A model generated the notes under the pieces. The model searched no databases. It had not been told where the DNA came from and was given only the letters and a program-made list of their open reading frames with translations. Shown one piece after another: positions 50,149 to 60,392 of a stretch of 64,000 nucleotides of DNA. Made by a program: the position numbers and the translations under genes. Within the stretch, counting starts at the first letter, position 1. Each line of letters starts with the position of its first letter. Origin of the DNA: Candidatus Bipolaricaulia bacterium (GTDB lineage: Bacteria; Bipolaricaulota; Bipolaricaulia; RBG-16-55-9); assembly GCA_042219045.1 (NCBI GenBank), contig JBDGQO010000003.1:86095-150094 (forward strand), given 5' to 3'.

Positions 50149-53100
50149 ATGGAAGCGACAATGGATGATCTCAAGCCCCTGTTGCAACCGATCGTCGACC
50201 AAGCGGCGCGGCTGCTCGATATCACGGATGCCGGGCTTTACGTCTACGACGCCGAGCGGCACGCGCTGCAATTGGTCGTTGACCACTCCGACGTATACCG
50301 CGACGACATTACCGGCTTGGAGCTGGCGGTCGGCGAAGGGCTCGCGGGTCAAGCTGTCGAGTCTGGAAAGACGGCAGCCACGCCGGACTATCAGTCGATT
50401 GAGCGCCGGCCGGAGATCTATCGAGACATGCCCTGGCAGTCTGCCATGAGCGTTCCGCTGACCGCCGACGGCGAGATGCTCGGCGCCCTGAGCGTGGCGG
50501 ATCCCTCTGGGAACCGGATGTTCACCGAGCGGGACGAGGAGCTCGTCCAGGTCTTTGCCGAACAGGCGGCGTTGACGCTGTCGCACGCCCAGAAGCTGAC
50601 GCAGGAGCAGCGCTGGAGTCGGGCTCTCCATCGGCTGAACGAGCTCAGTCAGCAGTGGCTCCAGTCTCACACGGATCGGGATGCGCTTTTGGAGAACGTA
50701 TTGGACGCGGGAGTGGAACTGCTCGCCTGCTACGGCGGAGGGCTGTATCTCTACGACGCCGAGCGAGGGGAGTTGGAGCTGACGGTTCTCCGACAGCACC
50801 GCGCCGAGACCTCGCGACAGGGGCTGCGAATCCAGCTTGGTGAGGGCGTGGCCGGACGGGCCGCCGAGACGGGCCAACCCGAAGCCGTGTCGGATTACGA
50901 ACGGTGGCATCGAAGGTCGTCGCAATGGGTCGGCTACGAGATCCGGTCGGTGATCGGCGTGCCCCTGTACGCCGGGGATCGGTTGATCGGCGCGATGAGC
51001 ATCTACGATCGGGAGCCGCACGATTTCGACGCGGACGACGTCAAGATCGCCGAAGTCCTGGGCGAGCAGGCTGCCATCGCCATCCAGCGAGCCAGCATGG
51101 CCGACTTGAACCGTCGGCTCCAGGAGATCGCCGCACAGATGCTGCGGACGACGGAACAATCGGGGCTCGACGACGTCCTGGAGAGCGTGACGCAGGCTCT
51201 GGTCGACTACTCGCCCTTCCGCGTGGCCGCGACCTCCGTCTTCGCCCAGACGACGCCGCTCGATCATCCCGAACCTCCGGACGTCTGGAACGTCCATGTC
51301 GTCGGCCTGTCCCCGGATCAAGAAGCCGAATTGCGTCGCCATACCGAACGGGGCGAAGTCATCGCCAACCGCCAGATCCTCGAACGGGGACAAGTCGTGG
51401 GCCAGGGCTATTACGTGTCGCCACAGGCCCTGCCCGAAGCGGCCTCGGCCGGGGTGCCTGTCGGCGATGCGCCCGATGCGGACGCAGCCGGATCGACGTG
51501 GGGCCCGTACGACACGTTCGTCTATTTCGTCATGCTGGGTGGGCGAGCCATTGGCCGCATCACGCTGAGCGATCCCGTCCACGGCCTCATTCCGTCCCGT
51601 GCCGAACTGGAGCCGGTGGAGAGCTTCGTCAAGACGGCCGCGGTCGCCGTGCAGCAGGCCCGCTATCAAACCCGCCTCCGGGTGCTGTATCGCATCACGC
51701 GAGAGCTGGGGGCCAAGGCCTCAACCGCCGGGCTCTACGACGACTTGCTCGGGCTGACCCAAGAGCTCATTCGCTACGACTACGCGGCCATCTTGCGACT
51801 TGAGCCGGAGGGGTTGGCGTTGAAGGCCCAGGCCGGACACGTGTCATGTCCGTATTCGGTCGGCACGAGCATTCCGATCCAGGAGGGCGTCACGGGTTGG
51901 GTGGCTCGGCACGGCAGCTCACAACTCCTGGCGGATGTCAACGAGGACGATCGTTTCATCCAAGGGTCTGTCCAGATGGGGTCGGAACTGGCTGTGCCCA
52001 TCCAGACGGGCGATGTCATCCTCGGCGTGCTCAACCTCGAGAGTCGGCGAACTCAGGCATTTGACGAGGAGGATCGCGAGCTATTGGAGACCCTGGCCGA
52101 TCAATTGGCCGTGGCGATCAGCAACCTGGAGCGTCGCGAACGACTGCAGGCGTTTCAAACCCGGCTGCACAGCATCTATGGCCTCACAGAACGCCTCTCG
52201 CGGATTGAGGATCTCGACGATCTCTATGCGCAAGCCGTGGGCCTCATCCACGACAACTTTCGCTACGACTATGTCGTGCTGTTGACGCTGGAGGGCGACC
52301 GGCTTGTGCCCCGCGGCCTCCGCTCCAAGCTCCCCGAAGCCGAGCTGATCGACGAGAACTTCCGCCAGCTCGCCCCGGATCGGGGCCTCACGGGTTGGGC
52401 CGCTCGCCATCGTCAAGCCGTGCTGGTCAACGACATCGCTCATTCCGAGCACTATATCCCCGGACATCCGGACATCCAGGCCGAGCTGGCCGTGCCGATC
52501 GTGGAGTCGGGTCAGGTTCTTGGCGTGCTCAACATCGAAAGCACGCAAACAGACGCGTTTTCCCGGGACGATCGACAGCTCTTGGAGGCGCTGGCGCGCC
52601 AGCTCGGCGTCGCCATGCGCAGCCTCCAACGCCGCACCCGCGTGGAGGAGCTCAACGACTTCCTGCGCGAGTTGAACGAGATCGAAGGCGTCAACGCGCT
52701 CCTGGAACGCGTGCTGAAGCGCGTCATCTCGCTCTTGCAGCCGAAGGCCGAGGGCGGCAGCGTCATGTTCTACGACGAAAGCAGCGACCAGTTCGTCTTC
52801 CGCGCCATGGTTGGCCGGGACATCGAGCAGCTCCGCGACATCACCTTCCGACCGAGCGAATTGGATGCGCTGCTCAACGCCGATGGTCCCACGTTCCTGA
52901 CGGCGTCGGATCAACGGACGCATCCGGCGACCGAGCAGTTCCGGGCCGAAGGGGCCACGCTCCCAGCGTCGACGCTCTCGCTGCCGATTCGGGAGCGCGA
53001 ATCGGGGCAGGCCATCGCCATTTTGCACGTCAACAACTTCCACGAGGAAGGGATTTTCGACGATTCGGACGCCGACGTGCTGCTCCAGCTGTCCGAGGAG

Positions 53101-53694
53101 ATCACCGCGGCGCTCTTGCGCGCCCGCGACCGGGAGCAACTCCGCGAGCTGGCCACCCGCGACGCGCTGACGGGGGCGTACAATCGGCACTACCTGAACG
53201 AGTTTCTGCAACACGAGCGCGAGCGCTCGGAGCGCTATGCCCATCCCTTGTCGTTGGTGATGGTCGACATCAACGGCTTCTACGAGGTCAACGATCGCTA
53301 CGGCCACGCCGAAGGCGATCGCGTCCTGCGCGAGCTGGCCCAGCTGTTGATCCACAACGTTCGGCTCCCCGATCGGGTCGTCCGCTACGGCGGCGACGAG
53401 TTCGTCATCGTCATGCCCGAAACCCAGGAGGACGATGCCCGTGAGGCCATGGCACGGATCGAGCAGCTCGTTGATGCATGGGATCCCGGCCTCGAGGAGG
53501 TGACGATCGGCTTCAGCTTCGGTATCGCCAGCTGGACGCCGGACAGCCTCAAGCAGCCGGAGGAGATCTTGAACGAGGCGGACGCGTTCATGTACCGTCG
53601 GCGGTCGGGCGTTCAGCAACGTCGGGCGCACAAACGCGAGATCTCGCAAGCCCAAGCATACGATGATTCCGACAACTTCACCGGCCCAGCCTAA
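50149..53694 (+). CDS. Multi-GAF domain diguanylate cyclase (5-6 GAF repeats + C-terminal GGDEF with intact RYGGDEF and RxxD I-site)
   Basis: Repeated GAF-like units (each carrying a GEG[VL][AT]G... motif) and a C-terminal GGDEF domain (RDALTGAYNR...RYGGDEFVIV). Start chosen at ATG 50149, which has an upstream GGGTGG SD, rather than 50110. Confidence 0.8.
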   Translation: MEATMDDLKPLLQPIVDQAARLLDITDAGLYVYDAERHALQLVVDHSDVYRDDITGLELAVGEGLAGQAVESGKTAATPDYQSIERRPEIYRDMPWQSAMSVPLTADGEMLGALSVADPSGNRMFTERDEELVQVFAEQAALTLSHAQKLTQEQRWSRALHRLNELSQQWLQSHTDRDALLENVLDAGVELLACYGGGLYLYDAERGELELTVLRQHRAETSRQGLRIQLGEGVAGRAAETGQPEAVSDYERWHRRSSQWVGYEIRSVIGVPLYAGDRLIGAMSIYDREPHDFDADDVKIAEVLGEQAAIAIQRASMADLNRRLQEIAAQMLRTTEQSGLDDVLESVTQALVDYSPFRVAATSVFAQTTPLDHPEPPDVWNVHVVGLSPDQEAELRRHTERGEVIANRQILERGQVVGQGYYVSPQALPEAASAGVPVGDAPDADAAGSTWGPYDTFVYFVMLGGRAIGRITLSDPVHGLIPSRAELEPVESFVKTAAVAVQQARYQTRLRVLYRITRELGAKASTAGLYDDLLGLTQELIRYDYAAILRLEPEGLALKAQAGHVSCPYSVGTSIPIQEGVTGWVARHGSSQLLADVNEDDRFIQGSVQMGSELAVPIQTGDVILGVLNLESRRTQAFDEEDRELLETLADQLAVAISNLERRERLQAFQTRLHSIYGLTERLSRIEDLDDLYAQAVGLIHDNFRYDYVVLLTLEGDRLVPRGLRSKLPEAELIDENFRQLAPDRGLTGWAARHRQAVLVNDIAHSEHYIPGHPDIQAELAVPIVESGQVLGVLNIESTQTDAFSRDDRQLLEALARQLGVAMRSLQRRTRVEELNDFLRELNEIEGVNALLERVLKRVISLLQPKAEGGSVMFYDESSDQFVFRAMVGRDIEQLRDITFRPSELDALLNADGPTFLTASDQRTHPATEQFRAEGATLPASTLSLPIRERESGQAIAILHVNNFHEEGIFDDSDADVLLQLSEEITAALLRARDREQLRELATRDALTGAYNRHYLNEFLQHERERSERYAHPLSLVMVDINGFYEVNDRYGHAEGDRVLRELAQLLIHNVRLPDRVVRYGGDEFVIVMPETQEDDAREAMARIEQLVDAWDPGLEEVTIGFSFGIASWTPDSLKQPEEILNEADAFMYRRRSGVQQRRAHKREISQAQAYDDSDNFTGPA

Positions 53695-53708
53695 CCGCGA
53701 CGGTTGCC

Positions 53709-54575
53709 ATGGGCGTTGAGATCCGCCCGCTCCAGACGCTTGAGGACTTACACGCCTGCGAGGCCCTGCAACAGCGAATCTGGGGCTTCAACGATCGCAG
53801 CGTCGTGCCGCACCACCTGCTGCGGACGTCGATCGACAACGGCGGTTTGCTCCTCGGCGCCCTCGATGGCGACGACGCCGTCGGCTTCGTCTTCAGCTTC
53901 CCCGGCTACGATGATGTCGCCGACCGTTGGAAACACTGCTCGCTCATGTGCGGGGTCCTGCCCGAGCGCCAGTATGAGGGCCTCGGCTTCCGCCTCAAGC
54001 AGGCCCAATGCGACGCCGTTCGGGCACAAGGCCTGGAGCTGATCACCTGGACGTTCGACCCGCTGCAGAGCCTGAACGCTTATTTCAACCTGGGCAAGTT
54101 GGGCGCGATCGCCCGCCGCTACGAGCGCAACATCTACGGCGACATCCGCGACCATATCAATCAAGGGCTCAAAACGGATCGGTTCACGGCCGAGTGGTGG
54201 CTTGGGAGCCCGCGCGTCACGACGAGCTTGGAACGCCCGTCTGCCCCCACGATGGATCCGCCCGCCGAAGGCCAGTGCGTCAATCGCGTGGAATGGACGG
54301 ACCCCGGGTATCCGGCCAACGCGGAGATCGTGCTCGATCTCGACGACGATCCTCTCTGGGTTGAGATCCCCTCGGCCGTCAACGCCATCAAACGGGACGA
54401 TCTGGCGCTGGCCCAGCGCTGGCGCTCCGAGACCCGTGAGATGTTCGAGTACGCGTTCCAACGGGGCTTCATCGCGGAGTCATGCGTGACCACCGCACTC
54501 CATGGCCGACCCCGGAGCTGGTATCGCTTGACCCGAACGTCGCCGGAAGCACTGCTGGATCGCCCGCGCAGCTGA
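53709..54575 (+). CDS. GNAT-fold acyltransferase (candidate amino-acid N-succinyl/acetyl-transferase partnered with the downstream racemase)
   Basis: GNAT motif A VLPERQYEGLGFRLK (Q-x-x-G-x-G). A tandem arrangement of this type with an NSAR-family gene is described in the literature. Confidence 0.6.
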   Translation: MGVEIRPLQTLEDLHACEALQQRIWGFNDRSVVPHHLLRTSIDNGGLLLGALDGDDAVGFVFSFPGYDDVADRWKHCSLMCGVLPERQYEGLGFRLKQAQCDAVRAQGLELITWTFDPLQSLNAYFNLGKLGAIARRYERNIYGDIRDHINQGLKTDRFTAEWWLGSPRVTTSLERPSAPTMDPPAEGQCVNRVEWTDPGYPANAEIVLDLDDDPLWVEIPSAVNAIKRDDLALAQRWRSETREMFEYAFQRGFIAESCVTTALHGRPRSWYRLTRTSPEALLDRPRS

Positions 54576-54622
54576 CAGGCGTTTGTTCCCGTTCCGACCC
54601 CATCGCCTACAATGAAGCCACT

Positions 54623-55732
54623 GTGAGAATCGAGCGCGTCGAACTGCGCCATATCGAGATGCCGCTCGTCAGTCCCTTCGAGACGAGCTTTGGCCGGGAA
54701 CTGAATCGCCAAGCGATCCTGACGAGCGTCGAGTCCGAAGGAGCGATCGGATGGGGCGAGTGCGTGGCGAGTGCGTCGCCGGGCTATTCCTACGAGACCG
54801 TCCAAACGGCCTGGCACGTGCTGCGTGACTTCCTCGTTCCCCAGCTCCTGAGCCATCCCTTGGACCAGCCCTCGGACGGCCCTGACCGCTGGGCGGCCGT
54901 GCGCGGCCATCCGATGGCGAAGGCCAGCCTGGAAGCGGCCGTCTGGGACGCCTACGCCCGGCTTCACGGCGTGTCGCTCAAGGAAACACTTGGCGGCGAG
55001 GCGAGCCGAATTCCGAGCGGCATCAGCCTCGGCATTCAGCCGTCGGTGGACGCGCTGCTTGATCGGATTGACGAGGCAATCCAGGCCAACTATCGCCGTG
55101 TTAAGCTGAAGATCAAGCCGGGGTGGGACGTTGAGATGCTGGAGCGCGTCCGACAGCGCTTTCCGGAACTCGATCTGATGGTCGATGCCAATGCCGCCTA
55201 TGCCTCGACCGATCAACAACGGCTCCGGGCGCTCGATGCGTTCGGCCTCATGATGATCGAGCAGCCCTACGCCGAGGACGACCTCGTGGAGCACAGCCGA
55301 CTCCAGGACGTCGTGTCCACGCCGATCTGCCTTGACGAAAGCTTGTCGAGCCCCCACGGCGTTCAGCAGGCGCTCGAGTTGGACAGCTGCCGGATCGTCA
55401 ACGTCAAGCCGGGGCGGGTCGGGGGGCTCACGAACGCGCGCCGCATCCACGACCTTTGCCACGAGCGAGGCGTTCCCGTCTGGTGCGGCGGCATGCTCGA
55501 GACGGGCATCGGGCGGGCGCACAACGTCGCGCTGGCATCGCTGCCCGGCTTCACGTTGCCGCATGACCTCTCCGCCAGCGAGCGCTATTATGATCGGGAT
55601 GTGATTGAGCCGCCGTTCGAGCTGAACGCCGATGGCACGTTGAGCGTTCCGGAAGGACCCGGCATCGGCGTTGAAGTCCAACGGGATCGGATCGACGAGG
55701 CGACGCGGGAGCGAGCCGTCTTCCAACCATGA
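54623..55732 (+). CDS. menC: Enolase-superfamily OSBS/NSAR enzyme (o-succinylbenzoate synthase / N-succinylamino acid racemase family)
   Basis: KxK motif RRVKLKIKPG, metal ligands in MVDANAAY, IEQP and CLDES, and the second catalytic Lys in NVKPGRVGG. Start set at GTG 54623 (VRIERVELRHIEMPL) to avoid overlap with the upstream gene. Confidence 0.8.
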   Translation: MRIERVELRHIEMPLVSPFETSFGRELNRQAILTSVESEGAIGWGECVASASPGYSYETVQTAWHVLRDFLVPQLLSHPLDQPSDGPDRWAAVRGHPMAKASLEAAVWDAYARLHGVSLKETLGGEASRIPSGISLGIQPSVDALLDRIDEAIQANYRRVKLKIKPGWDVEMLERVRQRFPELDLMVDANAAYASTDQQRLRALDAFGLMMIEQPYAEDDLVEHSRLQDVVSTPICLDESLSSPHGVQQALELDSCRIVNVKPGRVGGLTNARRIHDLCHERGVPVWCGGMLETGIGRAHNVALASLPGFTLPHDLSASERYYDRDVIEPPFELNADGTLSVPEGPGIGVEVQRDRIDEATRERAVFQP

Positions 55733-56481
55733 GCCGCGTCCAGAAGACCGTCGGCACTGTCCTCCGCGTGGTCGACTACAGCGACACTGACCAGATCGTG
55801 TCGGTTTTGACCCCGGATCGCGGGAAACTCTCGTTCATGGCGAAGGGCGCGCGGAAGTCGACCAAGCGGTTCGGCGGGGCGCTCGACCTGCTGACTCGGA
55901 GCGAGTTCGTCTACTACGATCGCTCGGGGCTGAAGGCGCTCAACCAGGCGACGCTCGTCGATGCCCATACGGCGCTACAGTCCGACTATGACCGGCTGAC
56001 GACGGCGCTGCGCTGCGCCCGCACGGTCCATCGTCTGCTCGAGGAGGACCAAGAGGCCCTGGACGTCTTTGAGCTCTTTGAACGCCTCTTGGCAGCCCTG
56101 GCCGATGAGGCCAATACCGAGGCCTTGCCCGTCTACGAGCTGGCCTTCAAGCTGAAGCTCATGCTGCGCCTCGGCTGGGCACCCATCCTCGACGTCTGTG
56201 CAAGCTGCGGTGCCGAACCGAAGACGCGCCGGTTTTCCATGGCAATGGGCGGCGTGCTCTGCGAGGCCTGCCATAGCGGAGACGACGCCAACGACATTTC
56301 CCTCTCAGCTGGCGCGGCGCGCAGCCTTCACATGGCGCTCAAGCTCCCCTTCAACAAGCTCTCACGCCTGAAGCTTCCCAAGGGCGTCGTCGACACGGGC
56401 ACGCGGCTCGTCGACGGCTTCATTGCGCATCACTTGCGGCCGCTGGCGACGCAGCGTCCCAAGGGGGCCCAGCGCCGCTAG
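55729..56481 (+). CDS. recO: DNA repair protein RecO
   Basis: N-terminal OB-fold (VLRVVDYSDTDQIVSVLT) and a C-terminal zinc-binding CxxC...CxxC (CASCG...CEAC). Confidence 0.8.
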   Translation: MSRVQKTVGTVLRVVDYSDTDQIVSVLTPDRGKLSFMAKGARKSTKRFGGALDLLTRSEFVYYDRSGLKALNQATLVDAHTALQSDYDRLTTALRCARTVHRLLEEDQEALDVFELFERLLAALADEANTEALPVYELAFKLKLMLRLGWAPILDVCASCGAEPKTRRFSMAMGGVLCEACHSGDDANDISLSAGAARSLHMALKLPFNKLSRLKLPKGVVDTGTRLVDGFIAHHLRPLATQRPKGAQRR

Positions 56482-57629
56482 CGTTGGGTCGGAGCCAGCT
56501 GACGTCGCAGCGCCTGGCGGAGATGCGCTAAGTGGATTGGCGATGGAGATTGGAATTCCGGAAAGAGCGGAAGCTGGCGCGACTGTGCGTCGGAGAGGTT
56601 GCCCACGCCGACGCCGAGCAGCCGGAAGCCCTGTGAGCGTTGCTCAACTCGGTGCTGGAACAGCAGTCGAGCGGCCTCGCCGATCACGTCGACGTCGTCG
56701 ATCGGCTCGCCCAGCGTGACGCTGCGCGTGATCGTCGTGAAGTCGGCGTAGCGCGCCTTGATCTGGACCGTGCGTGCACGGCGGCCTTCCGCGTGGAGAT
56801 CAGCCGCCACCTCCTCGGCCAGCTCGTCGAGGGCCCTCAACAGATCGTCAGTTTCACGGCGATCCTCGGCGAAGGTCGTCTCGCGGCTGAGCTGCTTCGG
56901 GTCATGGTCCGGATTGACGGGCCGCTCGTCGATGCCGCGGGCCCGCTGATAGAGCTCGCCGCCCCACTTGCCGAACGCCTCGGTCAGCCGTGGGAGGGAC
57001 AGCTCGCGCAGCGCGGCGACCGTCGTCACGCCCATGTCGCCAAGCTTGGCTTGCGTGGCCGTGCCCACCCCGGAGAGCTCGCCCACGGCCATCGGCCCGA
57101 GAAAGCGATCGACATCCTCGGGACGGACGACGACGAAGCCATCGGGTTTGGCATGGTCGGACGCCAGCTTGGCCACGCTCTTGTTCGGCGCGATCCCGAC
57201 CGAACAGGTCAGTTGCGTCTCATCGCGGATGCGTCGTTTCAGATCACGGCCGAGCCGTTCCGCCCCCACAAAATCGGACACCGCAGGCGTGAGGTCGAGA
57301 TAGGCCTCATCCAGCGAGAGCGGTTCGACCCAGGGCGTGTAGGATCGCATGGCGTCGCGCAGTCGATGGGAGATCTCCCGGTAATGGCCCATGCGCCCGC
57401 GGATGATTTGCGCATGCGGACAGAGTTTCACGGCCCGAGCCGTGGGCATGGCGCTGCGGATGCCATATTGGCGGGCCTCGTACGATGCCGCCGCCACGAC
57501 GCCCCGATCGGCGGGCTGCCCGCCGACGATGACGGGCTGGCCGCGAAGATCGGGACGATCGCGCTGCTCCACGGACGCGTAGAAGGCGTCCATGTCAACG
57601 TGCAAGACGATGCGATCCATCGACGCCAT
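56478..57629 (-). CDS. dinB: DNA polymerase IV DinB
   Basis: Y-family polymerase N-terminus IVLHVDMDAFYASVEQ, an SLDEAYLD motif, and a little-finger domain. Confidence 0.9.
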   Translation of the reverse strand: MASMDRIVLHVDMDAFYASVEQRDRPDLRGQPVIVGGQPADRGVVAAASYEARQYGIRSAMPTARAVKLCPHAQIIRGRMGHYREISHRLRDAMRSYTPWVEPLSLDEAYLDLTPAVSDFVGAERLGRDLKRRIRDETQLTCSVGIAPNKSVAKLASDHAKPDGFVVVRPEDVDRFLGPMAVGELSGVGTATQAKLGDMGVTTVAALRELSLPRLTEAFGKWGGELYQRARGIDERPVNPDHDPKQLSRETTFAEDRRETDDLLRALDELAEEVAADLHAEGRRARTVQIKARYADFTTITRSVTLGEPIDDVDVIGEAARLLFQHRVEQRSQGFRLLGVGVGNLSDAQSRQLPLFPEFQSPSPIHLAHLRQALRRQLAPTQR

Positions 57630-57725
57630 TGTAGCGATGCCGTCACGGACGCACTCGACACGCGCTCAGTGCCGGGCAGACGAACGTCCTTTGGCCGATG
57701 GACGACGGCGAGCTACGATCGAGCA

Positions 57726-58556
57726 ATGACTTTCCCACTGGACGTCGACACACCCCGTCTTCGACGGACGTTGACGTGGCCACAGGGCATTGACGACACG
57801 GCCACGGCGCTCGGGGAGCGCACGGTCAACCTGCTTGGGGTGCCCGTCCATGCCGTCTCCCACGCGGGGGCCCTCCAGCAGATCGAGCGCTGGATCGCCG
57901 CCCCCGATCGCCCGCGTCTGGTCATGACGCCGGACTCGACCGCGTTGATGCAAGCCCGATCCACGCATGGCTTGCGGCGGGCCTATGAGCGTGCCGATCT
58001 CGTCACGGCCGACGGCACCGGCCTCGTGTGGGCCTCGCGCCAACTCGGTTGTCCCCTTCCCGAGCGCGTGACGGGCATCGACCTGCTTTCCGTGCTGTGT
58101 GAGCGCTCCGCCGCCAAGCAGCGTCGCGTCTATCTCTTGGGCGGACGTCCGGGCGTGGCCCTGGAAGCGGCCCAACGCCTCCACCGACGCCATCCCGGCC
58201 TGTCGATCGTGGGAACCCACCACGGCTATTTCGCAGACGACGAGTCCGAGCGCATTGTGGGCGAGATCAACGGCCTCGAGCCGGATTTGCTCCTGGTGGG
58301 TATGGGGGTGCCTCGCCAGGAGATCTGGATGAGCCGTCACGGCCATCGACTGGCCACGCCCGTGGCGATGGGCGTGGGCGGAAGCTTGGACGTGTTGGCC
58401 GGGCGGGTCCGTCGCGCGCCGGTTGCTTGGCAGAGCCTCGGCCTGGAATGGCTCTGGCGCGCTGTCCAAGAGCCACACCGGGTCTGTCGAGCGCGACTCA
58501 TTCCGCAGTTCATGGCCCGAATTCTGTGCGAGCGGGCGCGACTTGCTGTCGATTGA
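57726..58556 (+). CDS. tagA: WecB/TagA/CpsF family glycosyltransferase (UDP-ManNAc:GlcNAc-PP-undecaprenol transferase-like)
   Basis: 276-aa region with TagA/WecG family motifs (VTADGTGLVWAS, LLVGMGVPRQE). The upstream 362 codons of the listed ORF are antisense to dinB and were rejected. Confidence 0.75.
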   Translation: MTFPLDVDTPRLRRTLTWPQGIDDTATALGERTVNLLGVPVHAVSHAGALQQIERWIAAPDRPRLVMTPDSTALMQARSTHGLRRAYERADLVTADGTGLVWASRQLGCPLPERVTGIDLLSVLCERSAAKQRRVYLLGGRPGVALEAAQRLHRRHPGLSIVGTHHGYFADDESERIVGEINGLEPDLLLVGMGVPRQEIWMSRHGHRLATPVAMGVGGSLDVLAGRVRRAPVAWQSLGLEWLWRAVQEPHRVCRARLIPQFMARILCERARLAVD

Positions 58557-58598
58557 TGCCGGGACATCTCCAATGGAGGTTGGTCCCGCGTCAGAGAT

Positions 58599-60374
58599 TC
58601 AAAGATGGGTGGCGGACATTGAGGGCGAGGCGGCGTCCGTCGGTTCAAGAACGTCCAACAAGCTGAGCTGGACGGTCGTTTCGCCGTTCCACGTATCTCG
58701 ACTCAGCTTGAAGACGACGTCGATCCGGGCCTGCTCGACGTTGGCCACATAGGGCCCGTAAGTGAAGCCGATCGCGTCCAGCTCCTGTGAGCCCACGTCC
58801 AGTTTCAGCTTCAGGTGCTTGCCGCCCGAACCCACGGCCCGCGCTCCCACGATCGCCACGTCACGCAACAAGAACCGCGGGGATCGGTTGCCCATTCCGA
58901 ACGGCCCGAGCCGGTGCATCTCGTCGTAGAGATCCAACGATATTTCGTCGCCCCCGAGTTCCGCGTCGATCCGCTGGACGGGGTTGGCCAAGTCCGCCAG
59001 GGCCTCGCGGGCGTACTCGCCGAATGCGTCTTGGAACTCGGGAATGCGGTCCGGCTGGATGGAGAAGCCCGCGGCCATGTGGTGGCCGCCGAAGCGCTCG
59101 AACAGCTCGGCATGCTCGGTCAGAGCCTCGATCATGTTGAACTCGCGGATGCTGCGGCATGAGGCCCGCGCGACGTCGTCGCCCTCGGAGATGAGGATCG
59201 TCGGCAGGTGATAGGCCTCCACGAGGTCGGAGGCCACGAGGCCGATAACGCCCGGATTCCAGTCCTCGCCCGCCAGGACGATCGAGCGGTCCTGTTCGAG
59301 GTCGACGTGGGATTCGAGCAGCGATTCGGTCTGGTCCCGCAGCGCCTCCTGGGCCTTGCGCCGATCCCGGTTGTAGTCGATCAGAACCTCGGCGAGGTAG
59401 TCCGCCCGTTCGGGGTCCTCGGTGGTCAACAACAGAAACGCGACGCGCGGGTCGCCGACGCGATTGGCGGCGTTCAGTTTCGGAATGACGATGTAGCTCA
59501 GCTGACCGGCAGTCAGGGATGTCATATCCAGGTCGAGCTTGTCGATCAACACGCGGAGTCCGAGCGTGCCGCCCCCTTCGGCCAACAGATTGAGCCCGCT
59601 TTGGACGAGGGCGCGATTCTCCACGCACGTGCCGCGGACCAGCGGGACCAGATCGCCGACCGTGCCGAGCATGGCCAAGTCGAGATACGGGCGGACCGCG
59701 TCGCGGCCATGGCCCCGGTTCTCGAACAGCGCCGACACGGTCTGGAAGATGACGCCCACGGCCGCCAAGTGGGCATTGGGATAGCGACACTCGGGTTGGC
59801 GCGGGTTGACGATGGCCCGTGCCGGTGGCAATGTCTCCGGCGGCTCGTGGTGATCGGTCACGACGGTGTCGATGCCGTGGTCGCGCAGCGTCTGAATCTC
59901 CTCGACATCCGAGATCCCGCAGTCGGTCGTGATCAGCAGGTCGAATTCGTTGGCGATCAGGCGTCGAATGACGTCGGGGCGGAGCCCGTGGCCGCGTTGC
60001 CGATCGCCGAGCTCCACTCGGACCTCGGTCGCGCCCAGTTGCCGGAGCGCGCGGTAGAGGATCGCGGAGCTCGTCAGCCCGTCGACGTCGAAGTCGCCGT
60101 GGATGAAGATGCGCTCATCCCGCTCCAGGGCTTGGTCGAGCCGCTCCAAGGCGTCGTCGATGCCCAGAAAGCCGAACGGCGAGGCGAGCGCGGAGAGGTC
60201 GTTGCAGAGGAGCTCATGCGCCTGGCCTTCGTCGCACCGGGAGGCCAACACGCGGGCCAGAGGTCGAGACAGGCCCAATGATTCAGCCAAGTACGCCACC
60301 CGATCGTCCGACACCGGCTCGAAGGTCCAGTGGGTGCCCGAACAGACAAGCGATCGGGTGGAGATCGGTCTCAT
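58599..60374 (-). CDS. recJ: Single-stranded-DNA-specific exonuclease RecJ
   Basis: DHH motifs (IFIHGDFDVDG, DHH at TDHHEPPE), a DHHA1 domain, and a C-terminal OB-fold. Confidence 0.85.
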   Translation of the reverse strand: MRPISTRSLVCSGTHWTFEPVSDDRVAYLAESLGLSRPLARVLASRCDEGQAHELLCNDLSALASPFGFLGIDDALERLDQALERDERIFIHGDFDVDGLTSSAILYRALRQLGATEVRVELGDRQRGHGLRPDVIRRLIANEFDLLITTDCGISDVEEIQTLRDHGIDTVVTDHHEPPETLPPARAIVNPRQPECRYPNAHLAAVGVIFQTVSALFENRGHGRDAVRPYLDLAMLGTVGDLVPLVRGTCVENRALVQSGLNLLAEGGGTLGLRVLIDKLDLDMTSLTAGQLSYIVIPKLNAANRVGDPRVAFLLLTTEDPERADYLAEVLIDYNRDRRKAQEALRDQTESLLESHVDLEQDRSIVLAGEDWNPGVIGLVASDLVEAYHLPTILISEGDDVARASCRSIREFNMIEALTEHAELFERFGGHHMAAGFSIQPDRIPEFQDAFGEYAREALADLANPVQRIDAELGGDEISLDLYDEMHRLGPFGMGNRSPRFLLRDVAIVGARAVGSGGKHLKLKLDVGSQELDAIGFTYGPYVANVEQARIDVVFKLSRDTWNGETTVQLSLLDVLEPTDAASPSMSATHL

Positions 60375-60392
60375 GTCCTCACAGAAAGCAGG

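Noticed and set aside
56478-56481. Shared palindromic CTAG providing overlapping stop codons for recO (plus strand) and dinB (minus strand)
   Set aside because: Real, but a trivial consequence of tight convergent packing and of no functional interest by itself.
56640-57725. N-terminal 362 codons of the 638-aa ORF 56640-58556
   Set aside because: This portion is antisense to dinB and low-complexity. Only the C-terminal 276 aa from the ATG at 57726 match the TagA/WecG family.
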